Source: Chiloscyllium plagiosum (lineage: Eukaryota). From it: a stretch of 64,000 bases of DNA. The stretch spans positions 15,624,257 through 15,688,256 of the forward strand of contig NC_057719.1 in NCBI RefSeq assembly GCF_004010195.1. Direction: 5' to 3'. Positions 11,049-23,335 of the stretch are shown here, piece after piece. Within the stretch, counting starts at the first letter, position 1; every line of letters starts with the position of its first letter. Under the pieces are notes generated by a model. That model ran no database searches. It saw only the letters and a list, made by a program, of their open reading frames with translations, and was not told the DNA's origin. The translations under genes and the position numbers were made by a program.

Positions 11049-13479
11049 TTTCACAACAAGGTGTTGTTTATATTTTGTGATCAACCTGTTCAGGGAGGTT
11101 ATTACACATCTCTGGAGCAGATGGAACTTCAACCCAGGCCACCTGACTCTACCACTTCACTCCAGGGCCACTCAAGGTGTTGTTTATATTGTATGATAGC
11201 AATAGTTACAATTAATACTAACTAGACAGACATAATTACAATCATCAGTATCCAGGTATGTTACATTTCTCTCCAGGTGGACTTTGTGCAAAACTAGTCA
11301 ATTTTCCACCCAATGACTTTCAGAATCATTACATTACACAGCAATTGAGATCTGATAATGGAAATTTCTTAGCATTGAATTCTGGTCTGACTGTACATCC
11401 AGAGCTTTTATTTATTTTTTTTTAAATTGCTTCATTGCAATATCTCTGTATTGGAAGTGCTGAGTTAATTATTACTTCCATTATACTCAGTCCTGTCATG
11501 TGAAATCAGTTCCATTATCTACCTATTCAGATTGCTTTTCAACTGATGTGCAATGTGAAATTTGTCTACCGATTTGGTCTAAGTCTATCTTAAAACCTTT
11601 AACTGGATTATTTTTCCCTATTTATCTCTACTTTGTCATCCACAGATTTAACAAAAAATATGAAAATACTCACAATTCATTTGAATGTTAATATAACAAG
11701 TATTGAACTAATACATTGAATGAAAATTAGCACAAACTGTCTATTATTTCTTCTCTGTTTTTATAATATCATTTCACTTCGCTGGGTAGGACAAATTGAA
11801 CTTTTTAACCATTTCAATGACAATACAGTTATTTTTGATACAATTCTTATGCTCTCTGCATTTTTCTATTTACCTTTTCCATGTATTCTGATCGATGGGA
11901 CAATATACAACTCACAAATAGGTGAACAGACCTAACCTGCTGCTAGATATTTGTTAACTCAAGTGAATTTCTCACTAATCGTTCCTGCAGGAGTTCAATG
12001 CAGTATCTTCTAAAGTCAGCCTTCTAATCCACCAAGAGCACTGTGACGCTGTATGAAGACTTCCTTCTTAAAAAATAATCATTTGAAATGTTTCATGGCA
12101 GAATTTTTCATTGTTCTAGCTATGTCAAGAAAATATTACGTATTTTTGAATGCTATTTGTCACAGCATTATTTGTATAAGATTGTCATTTGACAACATGT
12201 TCAGTTGCAATGACATTTCACAATAAAATAAAGCTTATCGGATGCTGCTATGTATTTAACAAGTTGTTTGTATCTACTATACAAAGTGAAATGTTACTAC
12301 AACGACTTGAACTTATATAGCACCTTTAAAGGATGTCCGAAGAGATTCACAGGAGCATTACCAGACAGACAAACATTGGTATTGAGCCAATGAGGAAAAG
12401 TTAGGAGTAGTGGCTAAAAGTTTGGTAAAAGAAGTAGGCTTTATGAATGTCTTAAAGGGATGAGAGATAGTGAAGTGGAAAGTTTACAGTCTAGATAAGC
12501 AAAAGGTATGGTCATCAAGATGGAAGGTGAGGAAAATTGGGGAAACTTAAGAGGTCAGAATTGGAGTTAAGAGATTTCTCAAGATTTCAGGATTGGATGT
12601 GGTAACAGAGGTAAGGAGCTGAGGTCATGAGATTTTAATACAACATGAGAATTTTAAATTAGTAAGCTTTCATATAACATAGCTTATTTCAGTATAGGAA
12701 TGGCAACATTTATTAAGACTAACTCTACATGACTTCATTTGTATGAAAATCCTAGTGAGATTATTGCTACAGAAAAACTGGGTTTATGATAATGACAAAA
12801 GAAAAAATGTTAAATAAACCATTCCATATTATTGCTCCGTAACATTATTTTCTTTTAAATTATGTGGTTTAAAAGATTCCCCTTTAAGATGCTCATTAAA
12901 ATTTAGCTTTTTGATCCATCTAAATATCCTTATGTGGATCACTACAAAACATTCTTCATCGTGTCTGTGGACCATTTTGGGATCCTTTACTATGTTAAAA
13001 GATAGTACATGTTGTTACTGATACATTCAGCATCTGAATTCATGCCACGTATTTTCCAAAATCTCTTCTCAGGATCCCACCAAAGCTTGGCTTGTATCTA
13101 TCTGTCTCATTACCTCTCAAATCACTCCACAGTTAATGGCTTACTCTCAGATTATTTTTCATATTCCCTCAGTGGTTACACCAGACCTGGACCTGTTTTC
13201 CTTCTGTTCGCACCTTATTTCAATGACCTCTTCAGATCAAACTCTCTTGATACTTTTGCTGATGACTCCATTCTACATTTATCAATTTCCTTCAACATTC
13301 AGCTGGCTTGTTTTTAAGGATAAGTTGAATCCTGCTCATAACCCAGTAGGCTTTGCCCATCCATCGCCAACTCTAATGATCAGTGGTCTCTCTACTCAAT
13401 TCTACACTCCATTACCTTCCTTAAATGGATGAACACCTTTACTTTCAGTTGTAATGCCAGCTGTAAGCTAACTGGTCAT

Positions 13480-14370
13480 CCTCTTGCTTCAGAGTCTCAC
13501 TTAAGGCTCAGGACACACTCTAGGATTGGAGTACAAAAGGCTGATACTCCAATGCCGTATGGAATGCAGGATTCCCCTTTAAGAAGATGAGAGTTGAAGC
13601 AAGGAGACCAAACAACTATGGAGGCTGGAAATCAGAAATGTAAACCAAATTTGCTGGGAAAACTCAGCAGATCTGGCAGTATTTGTGGAGAGAAATCAGA
13701 AACGTTTCGGGACTGATCTGAAGAATGGGTCATTGGACCCGAAACATTAATTCTGTTTCCTCTCCATGAAGGAAGGCCTTGTTTGTCCTCTCAACTGGAT
13801 GCAAAATAAAACCATGGCACCATTTTGAAGAACAGGGGAGTTGTGCCTGATGTTCTAACTAATCTTTATCCCTCAATCAAAATCACAAACATACATTTCA
13901 TATGAACATATGAGTGAAGCTCAGAAGTGTATCAATTAGACCCCCAGATCTCTTCTACTGAACAATATGATCATGGTTGGTCTGATCCATCCACATTTCC
14001 ATAACCTTTCACTCCCCCAAGAATCTATCTATCTCTGTCTTTAATATATTCTAGGAGTCTGCTTCCACTACCATTTGAGGAAAAAATTTCCAAAGATTCA
14101 CGACACGGAGAAAAAGATTCTGCTCATCTGTCTTAAATAGGTGACCCTTTATTTTTAAACAGTGACCTGTAGAACTAGATTCTTCTACAAGGGGAAAAGT
14201 CCTTTCCAAATGCACTTTGTCAAGACTCCTGAAGATCTAATCTATTTCTGATATATTATCTGGTCATTGCACATTTGTATTTGTGGGAGCTTGCTATGTG
14301 CAAGTTAGCTGCCATGGTTCCTACACTGAACAATGTCTTCACTTTAAAAGTAAATGATTGGTCATAAATA
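13480..14370 (+). mobile_element. DeuSINE-like SINE (SacSINE1/AmnSINE-type), interrupted by a Penelope-type unit (about 13605-13768) and a minus-strand CR1 fragment (about 13900-14245)
   Basis: Deu-like core ccatggcaccattttgaagaacaggggagtt...tttatccctcaa and tail gtgggagcttgctatgtgcaagttagctgcc. Related copies at about 20900-21270 (-), 29770-30050 (-), 41050-41375 (-) and 60440-60790 (+). Confidence 0.55.
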
Positions 14371-15141
14371 AATGTAGGATCACAAAATGGCTTCAGATAA
14401 TAATTCAATTCCACTTTGAAAACCAGAGTGAATCTGTCTCCGACACACTCTCAGAATGGTACATTCCATTTCCAAACAACTCACTGCATAAAAGATTTTT
14501 TTGGTATGCCAGCTTTGGTTCTTTAACCAATCACCTTAAATTGGGATTCTGGGTTCATGACTAGTGGGACTTGCTGTGTGCAAGTTAGCTGCCATGGTTT
14601 CTACAGTGAGACCAGTTTCTCATTTCCAGGATTCTTTCCTTGTGGTTTTGAAAACCATTATCAGATCTTCAGTCAACTTTCTTTTCCTTTAGGAGAACAC
14701 TCCCCACTGCCCCCCCCCCCAGCTTTTCAGTCTATGAAAGAAGTAGAAGTCTCTCATGTCTAGAGCCATTTACATACATCTTTTCTGGATCTGCTCTGAA
14801 GTTTTCAGATCCTTCCTGAAGTGTATGCCTAATCTCTGTCTCATTCACAGAGTTCATGATGCTACATGCATTATTAACCACTTCCTCAATCTGCCCTACC
14901 ATCTTCAATGACAGTCACCCAATCTCTCGTTATTCTCTACTTCCTTTGCAATTGTATTGTCTACATTGTCTCAACTTAATTGTATGGTCAAAGCATATCA
15001 TTTCACACTTCTCAACATTAAATGTCATCTGTGAAACATATCAATAACATTATGAATCCACAAAAACTTCCATGTTTTGTGACACCTGCAAATGTGTGTT
15101 GCACTAGTACAGATTGTCAAAAGCTGGGGTCCTTATATTGA

Positions 15142-15267
15142 TTCCTGAAGAAGGGCTTCTGCCCGAATCATCGATTCTCCTTCTCCTTGGATGCTACCTG
15201 ACCTGCTGCGCTTTTCCAGCAACACATTTTTAAGCTCTGATCTCCAGCATCTGCAGTCCTCACTTTC
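15142..15267 (+). mobile_element. Penelope-type terminal unit with a 12-bp target duplication
   Basis: tccttatattga at 15130-15141 and 15268-15279; begins ttcCTGAAGAagggcttctgcccGAAT (core mutated). Confidence 0.85.
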
Positions 15268-16109
15268 TCCTTATATTGACCCCTAGGGAACCCCATTATG
15301 TACTTTCTTCCAGTCTAAATGAAACCTTCATCACTATTTCCTGTTCCCTATAGGGAAACCACAGATCTAAATCCATGGTCTCCTCTATTCCCTGGGTTTC
15401 AGGTCTGCTGATAGGCTGCCATGTGTCACTTTATCAAACACCATCCATGTATACAGAATATGATCTGCCTTATTCTTATCAACTCTTCTTGCCGTCTCAT
15501 CAAGAAGAAAACTCAATCAAGTTAATTAAACAATTAACAAATGTCCTTAAAACAAATCCATTGTGCTTTCCTTTCATTAATCCACAGTGCCCATTTCATC
15601 AGGGATTCTCATTTTCCTCCAGGGAGGCTGGACTGACTGACCCTTAGCCTGACACCCTCTTCTCAATACAGATGCCACATTTGCAATTTTCCAGTTCTTT
15701 GACAGCACTCCATATCCAAACAAGTCTTGTTGTTGCAAATGCCTTTGGGTCTTCCTGTATAAAAGGCAAATTTTTGCTTCCTTTTTGTTGCAAACTTTCC
15801 TATGAATGAGACAGTGAAGAGATTAGATGATCCTTGGCTCTGCAGGGAAAAAGATACTGAGCTCCTTTGGCTACATCTGAAGCGACAGCAGGATATTCAA
15901 CATGGGAAACTACACTTTCAAAACACATGGACTGAGACATAATTCCCACCACTTTCAAAGCACAAAATTAAAATTAGGCAGAATGACTAAACTACAATTG
16001 TGCCAATGAATAAGAAAAAATATTAATAAAATAATCAGAAATATCAAGAAACTATTCACATTCCCTGAAACAAAGCCCAGTGCAAGAGAGCACTCTGTTC
16101 TGAAGAAGG

Positions 16110-16460
16110 AATTGGTTCGGCATATTGCTTTCAATTCTGGTCTCCCTGCTACAGGAAATCATTGTTAAACTTGAGAGGATGCAGTAAAGATTTATAAGGG
16201 ATATTGCCAGGGTTAGAAGGTTTGAGCTTTGGGAGAGGCTAAATACACTGTGGCTATTTTCGCTGGAGGTTGGAGGCTGAGGGGTGACCTTATAAAGGTT
16301 TATGAAATCATGAGGGGCATGGACAGGGCTATTATCTGAGGATTTTCCCCCAGCATTGGCGTGTCCAAAGCTAGAGGGCATAGGTTTAGGGTGAGAGGGG
16401 AAAAATTTAAAAGGGATCTAAGGGGCAACTTTTCACGCAGAGGCTGGTGCATGTGTGGAA
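16110..16460 (+). mobile_element. CR1 fragment, followed by a minus-strand Penelope-type piece (about 16461-16530)
   Basis: Homologous to 410-770. Confidence 0.8.
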
Positions 16461-18562
16461 AAAGTGAACACTGCAGATGCTAGAGATCAGAGTCGAAGAG
16501 TGTTGTGCTGGAAAAGCACAGCCAGTCAGTCACCTTGTTGGCAGACTGAGTTTATCCAATTGCTAAACTGGGAGGGTTTCAGGGTTTGTTTTTTGCTACA
16601 TTAGGGGATTTGAGCAATGATTGTCACCACATCTTTCAGTTCTGAAGAAGGTCATGCGGCTTCAAAATTAACTTCACAACTGCTTGCAGATCTGCTGAGG
16701 TATCTCTCTCTCTCTGTCTGCAGTCATTTCCGTATCTGTTTTAGGAATGTTACAGTTGGTATCTGTATTGCTGGGCTGGAAGGGACAAACTGCCCATTAG
16801 ACTGGGTCTTGCTATCTGAACTTCTCTATCCCGGACGCACGAAGATAAAATAAACTTAAACACGGTAGTCTGCTTTCAAATGACACACAATGCCAAAGAT
16901 GTATGCATATACAAACAGCCGTTTCTTCCCTCCAGCAGAAATCCCCAAACTTGCAGCAACAAGGTAACAAATTGCTGGAGAAATCATGCTCAGAGAAAAA
17001 CAGAATCAACATTTCAAACCCTTCTTCAGTACCCTACACTCGCAGCTTGGACTGGATGGAAGAGGAGGTGTTGAAGAGTTTGATGAGGGGGAACAATAAA
17101 TAATTCAGACTCGAGGCTGTTCTAACATTCTGTCTCTAAAATCCTAACCCAGGCACAGTACCAAGCTAAAATTTGAATAAAGAAATTAAGCTTTCTATTC
17201 TATTTGACCACAGCACTGAAGCTGTTGTTAACCTCACATCTAGAACCAGATTTTGCAGTGCAGGTTGAAAATAGTATCCAATTGTTTGTTTCAAATATCA
17301 TAAAGATCATAACATTTAAATAAGTTTTATGAAGGAACAAAAAACTTCTTTTTGCACGTGTTTACGATATTTAAAATTTGAAAACAATACATGTACAGGC
17401 TACTCCGTGATGACTCTCCTTATATAAAAGGATTCAGTTTTATGTCTGACATTCCTAATGTTTAAGTTGGAATTCTTGATGTCTGCATTCGCCGTCCTTG
17501 TATAAGGTGTGACAAAATGCGGAGCTTTATTTCAATTTTAAAATCGTGACCTCAACTGCTCCGAAATTGTTTGTAAAATGCAATAGGTAAGCAACAGTTT
17601 GTGGCTCATCCTCCCTAATAACGAAGAAAACCTGCAATTACTAAAAAAAAGGTTTCAAAACGGGCTGATAGCCCTGCGCCTCTCCGCGTTGACTTGCTAC
17701 AGATACTGTATATCGATCCCATTATAGACTTAATTATTCTTGCCTTAAAAGATATCCACTAGACCACAATTCGAAATAATATTGTTCAATGGAAGGCTCA
17801 AAGGTACTATTTTAAAACAGTTAGCTATAGTCGCCCAAATAAATACATTTCAAATGATTTTAAGAATTCTAAGTGCATCAACGAAATCTTGCAAGCAGAC
17901 AGCTTCTGCAGTCCAAATGTATTCCCCCGGAACATTTCAAATAGTGTTGAACAATAATAAAATCTGCAAAAAAATGGCCAGAAAGAAATAAACACACACC
18001 GGTTCTAGCCAGGAGTGTTAACTTGTATTTTCTTTATTGGCAATGGAAGAAACTTTTAAGCATCTAAGGCTTTCTTTTAAAAAGAATAAATTCCATTGAA
18101 TAAAGAAGGCGTAATTTCATTAATGTATACGCGAAACAACTTTATGAAAATGATTGATTTGCCAGCGAGTCATCCGCATAAACCTTGTTTGATATCTGTA
18201 CTCAAAATCAACTTTCACTCACAACGTAATGGAGTTTTAAAAATCAGAAAACGCAACATGGTAAAGAAGTTATTTGTTCCCAAGAATAATCTGAGTTTTA
18301 AAGAAAAAGATTGGTCCAAATGAGATTGGGCATTAGTTGAATTTATGCCGTCGCTAAGTGGGAAACGAATGCCGGGTGATGTCTTGCAATTATTAATGAG
18401 AACAAGTACCTTGAGATATCTTTATAATCATTAACATAGAAACACAGCCAAGAGAAGTCACTGAAAATTTTATCTTGTTAAAATGGTCTTACAAATAGAG
18501 GGGAAAATCTCACAGTCACTTTTCCCTAATCTCACAAATTTGCCAGATTCACTTTAGCAACT

Positions 18563-18671
18563 TCTAGTCAACCTGTTTGGACGTATTATGACACAAATAT
18601 GGATAGGTGGTACTTGAACGTGGACCTTTTCGGCCAGAAGAAGGGCCAATGAAACTGCGCCAAAAGAGCCC
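18563..18671 (-). mobile_element. Short tRNA-derived SINE-like element
   Basis: Minus strand has an A-box-like tggcgcagt and a B-box-like gttcaagtacc; a related copy lies at about 11075-11170. Confidence 0.5.
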
Positions 18672-18781
18672 TTATTCACTTTATCATTCAGTTTCGGGAC
18701 ATATCAGAGACAAGTATATTATTTACAGTAATTATTACCGTATTGTTAATCAGAATAAGAAACAATTGAATAACAATAGTG

Positions 18782-19315
18782 AACATTCAATATTAAGGGT
18801 AAGGCTGACGATAATACCGTAGCCCACACTCACTATAAACATTCAGTATTAAGGGTAAGGGTGATGATTACTGTAACACAACACTCACCATCAAGTTCAG
18901 TATTAAGGGTAAGGGTGATGATTACTGTAACACAACACTCACTATGAAGTTCAGTATTAAGGGTAAGGGTGATGATTACTGTAACACAACACTCACTATG
19001 AAGTTCAGTATTAAGGGTAAGGGTGATGATTACTGTAACACAACACTCTCTATGAAGTTCAGTATTAAGGGTAAAGGGAATGGTTACTGTAACACAACAC
19101 TCACCATCAAGTTCAGTATTAAGGGTAAGGGTGATGATTACTGTAACACAACACTCACCATGAAGTTCAGTATTAAGGGTAAGGGTGACGATTACTGTAA
19201 TACAACACTCAGTTCAGTATTAAGAACGAGTGTGATGATAATACTGTAGCCCCCAAATTCACTATATTAAATATTAAAGGTGAGGATGACGATAATGCAA
19301 TAACCCACACCCACC
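18782..19315. repeat. 54-bp minisatellite, about 10 copies
   Basis: Unit aagttcagtattaagggtaagggtgatgattactgtaacacaacactcactatg; central copies nearly identical, end copies diverged. Confidence 0.95.
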
Positions 19316-19819
19316 ATGCAGCTCTCCTCTCGGATACACTCTGTCGCTCCAGCGCGTTGTCCTCATTCATTCATCCTCATTCCTTAAAAGGAGGAAGGGG
19401 GCGTTCCCAAAGTAGCCAATCCAAAGTAATCTATTAACATATATGCAAACGACCACGGTGTGGAAGAGCCCAAGAACGTAAGGGGACGATGACATTTTCA
19501 CGAAGCAAACATCTAAACGATATGACAGTACTGTTGTAAAGGAAAATAAAAACAACGTATATTTGGAGATATTTATTTTTCGGTCTTACATAGGTTGTTA
19601 GTTTGCACTTGTTTGTTTGTTACCCATCCCACACATTCTGAACATTCGTATAGTCCAGCAGCAGCTTGGGCCAAACCATTTCTTTAAGTGGATCATGATG
19701 GATTCATTGAACACGCACACACAAAGGTCAATTTTTCGTAAGTCTTACGGCTGTTGTTGGGGTGAAAGGGTATCTTAGTTTTAATATTTCAGACGGTACA
19801 GTAGACCATATCATAACCA

Positions 19820-20430
19820 GTTCCCCCTGCCGTGATCCTCGGTGTTGGTGGAGCCCAGTTGGTTTCCGGTCTTGGGTCTGTCTGCTCGAGCTGCAGCACC
19901 GCCATGTTGTCCCGTTCCCGGTGCCTGGCTCGGAGCCTGAGCCGCTTCGTCGCCAGCCGCAATCCGGGGGGCCTGCAGGTAGGCGACACCGGAGAGATTG
20001 CCCCCTTCCGGACCGGAGCGGCGGGGAGGGTGGAAGGAGCTCATCCTCGAGCCGGCTGGAGACAGAGGTTGCCGAGGGAGGCCCGAGGCCTTGGCCAAGG
20101 GCAAGCTGTTACTCCGAGCCTGTGTCTGTATGGGTCAGCTCTCACCGCGCCCCCTCTCCCGGGCTGCGCTCTTATGATCCTCCCTCAGCTTCCCTGGGGG
20201 TCCGCTCTCACTCCTAGCCGGGGCTGGCCTCTCTCTCGGGGTCCGCTCTCATACCCTCCCAACCTCCTCCGCCCGGGTCAACTTTCACCCCGGGGTCATC
20301 TCCTTCCCCCATCCCCGATCAACTCTTCCCCACCCTCCGCCTCGGGGTAAACCCTCTCATCCACCCTCCCGAGGTTCGCTCATCTCACTCCTCCTTCCCT
20401 GGGGTCCGCTCCTCCTTTCTCTCTCGCCTT
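19820..20430. promoter_or_regulatory. CpG island / DLST promoter and exon 1 region
   Basis: The only GC- and CpG-rich stretch in an otherwise AT-rich, CpG-poor window. It includes an ETS-like TTTCCGGT at 19863-19870 and a YY1-like CCGCCATGTT over the start codon. Confidence 0.8.
19904..19978 (+). CDS. DLST: DLST exon 1 (mitochondrial targeting peptide MLSRSRCLARSLSRFVASRNPGGLQ)
   Basis: Kozak context gcaccgccATG in a CpG island; MLSRSRC matches the vertebrate DLST N-terminus; donor CAG|gtaggc; 75 nt. Confidence 0.93.
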
Positions 20431-20507
20431 CCCCATTCCCTCATTGCGTTTATGCCCGTTCCTTCAGAATTGTTAATGTCCAAAAGTGCCTCACTGCTGG
20501 TCACTGA

Positions 20508-20520
20508 CGGGAAATGTAGT
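20508..20520 (-). promoter_or_regulatory. ZNF143/THAP11-type motif ACTACATTTCCCG
   Basis: Exact match to ACTAYRnnnCCCR on the minus strand, at the edge of the CpG island. Confidence 0.5.
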
Positions 20521-23335
20521 TGTAATCAAAGCTATATACGACAATGTCTTATAGGTAACGATGACCAGATTTCTCATTGTGATGTTGGTGGCTCATTAGT
20601 AAAGGCTCATTAGTACAATAGGAGAACTCCCTTTCACTTCAAAATTATCAAATTTTGCTTTGATCTTATCCAAACGGGACTAAAGGTGATTTTCTCTATA
20701 TAAGAGTTGAAATTGTAAACCTATACAAATTATTCTCATGTTGGAATAAGGGAATTTGGTTTACAAGCGTGGTGGATGATTGATTCCTTGATGTTAAAAC
20801 ATGGGTGGGGATAAAAGTTACAGATGTAACATCTGCAAATTTGATCAAATATTTACCTTACCAAAAAGATCTCTCTGATCCTTTATATTTTGAGCCTCAG
20901 CAGAAAATAATAAGTATCTTGTATTGTGCTTTTATGATCTCCATATAACTTGCGGCATTTTGCAATTCATGTATTTTTCATGTGCATTCTTTTGATCGGT
21001 TAATTTGCTTGTGATGTTGGCTGAGGGATAAACATTGGTCTGAAAAATTGTGAAAAGCTTCTCTTCAAAATAGTGCCACAGGATCTTCTGCATTGTTTGA
21101 GAAAGCAAATGGTGCGGTGATTTATAATGCCTTATCCAGGAGACAGAACTTGCAGCAGTGCAGCATTTCTTTATTCACTGGAGTAGGAGTCTGTTCTTTA
21201 ACCAAACTTCTGGGGCGCACCTTGAGCTCACAACCTTATGACTGAGATATGAATATGACTGTTAAGTCGCAGTGAACACAGTAGTCAGTGATCTTGATCT
21301 GCATAAGCAGCTGCTCATATTGGATAATTTTTTGCTTTTCTCAAACTGAAATTCTGCAAAAGGTGCTTTGAGGATCCCTCAATAGTTCAGTGATATTCTT
21401 CAATGCATATTTGAACGATACAAATCAGAAGGTTCCATCTCCAGTCTCTGCTGAGCAACTTTCTTCATCCAGAGGATCCTTAGTGATTCTACAATTGTCC
21501 AACCTCAGTGCTCCATTCCACAATAGTTAGGATTCTTGTAGGATAATGAACCTTAACTGGGAACAAAGCCAAATCCAGCAGGCTATAACCTGCCCTGGTT
21601 GTATATATTTGTCAAGCGCCTCAAATGAATATTAGCCACTAAGGTGTGATACTGTAATCTTTCTTGTGTATATAGAAAGAGGAAGATAATTTTCATTTTT
21701 ATGCTACATTTTATAGAGATTGATAAGCTCTCCAGGAACCATCAAACTGGAGTGGTTCATTGAGAGAAGACCTGTAATGTAAAATTCAAAATGGATGTAG
21801 AAAATGAATTCCAGCCTAAAAAGTGAGATGGTAGAATGGTATTGAAAGCCTAATCTAACATAGGATTTGAGAAAATTTTAAAGATGTCAATGGAACTTTA
21901 CTAAAGAGGAGCAAGGCTGCTGAAAGCTGTGTCATAGGTAGTGAGAGGAGAAGGGCATGGAGGCAGGATTCATAGCAAATGTATAGAACTCCCAAAAAAA
22001 ACCACACAAAATCTCTGAAGAAATTAGAATAGGGAATTAGAGAGTCAGTTTGGGTGAGGCTGATGGTGTAACAGTTTTTTTTCTACTACTTTTTTTTGAA
22101 CTCAACAGGTCTGGCAGCATCTGTGGTGAGAAAAACAATTACTACTTCAAGGCCAAAGTGACTCTTTGTTCCAAATGAGTCACATTGGACTTGAAAGCTT
22201 AACTCTTTCTCTGGCCATAAATACTGCCAGATCTGCTGAGTTCTGTTTTTATTTTAATCTTCAATATCCACAGTTATTTTGGGTGTAGCAGTGTTGATTG
22301 GGTGAGTTGGGGTTTATTAAGAATGGATGATGGAAGGACACTGGAGGCCACTGCAGAAGCAGACAGTGTTGTGAAGTTTGAAATAAATCATCTTGATGTA
22401 TGATGAACTCCATGACCAAAAATACTGTGAAAGTGGCAATTTTCAAGCTGTGGTTGGGGAAGGAGAATGAACTTAATGGAAAATAAGCATTGCTTTATGG
22501 TGGTGGCTTTAGACAGCAGTCTATCTAATGAACAACGCCTACGCATGAACTGAATTTTATAGGTGTCATGTATTTCCTGGAGGCATTTTGTAGCATGAAG
22601 CATGAGAGAGCAGAATGGTATTGGCATGCGTTAGAATGTATTGACTGATATTACACTCGCTTCAGTTTGATAAATATACTGGTGCCAGTTATGTTAAATG
22701 GAGGATAATTTTTGACTCTTCTGCATTCAGGTCTTAGTTAGGATCATGTTTAGGGTCAGACTTGATTAACAGGGAATTCCCTGTGATGCTGTACTAATCT
22801 AATTTCAGGGAACCAAGAAAAGGAGTACTGCATCTTTAACCCTCCTATTCAGAATGCTGGATAAGAATCCGCATATATTTCTCTAAGAAAATGGGTATCA
22901 ACATCTTTGTTACCTGGTGGGGGTTAGCTGAAATGACATCCTCCTTTCAAGGTTATGGTAAGCAGAACTTATAGAAATAGTTGGTTGAAATATTTAACTG
23001 AGCGGGAAACGTCACAACTACTGAAAAGGTAATAAGAGGCATATTTATATTGTGAGAAAATATATAAGCTCTCCTGTTTTGTTGGTTCATATTTGTTATT
23101 GGCCTACTTGACATTTGGAGGAATGACCACCAGTTGTGGGCCAAAGACTGTGAGGTGGAATGTGCAGGAGGCTGTGTTGGTGAATGCAGAGTTCAGAGTG
23201 TTGTGTAGCTGGAGGTAGGCGAAGTCCTGAAAAGGTTTCAACATGTGAACATTTTCATTTGTAAGCATTGGAAGACATGACCATAAAACAATAAGATGTA
23301 GGAACAGAAAAGGCCCTTGAACCCATTCCGCCATG

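Noticed and set aside
18944..19249. 101-aa repeat protein (MKFSIKGKGDDYCNTTLT)n, or a CRISPR-like array
   Set aside because: By-product of a 54-bp tandem repeat; there are no unique spacers and the context is eukaryotic.
19762..20350. Several overlapping 66-172 aa ORFs
   Set aside because: Expected from stop-poor GC-rich CpG-island sequence; only 19904-19978 matches DLST.
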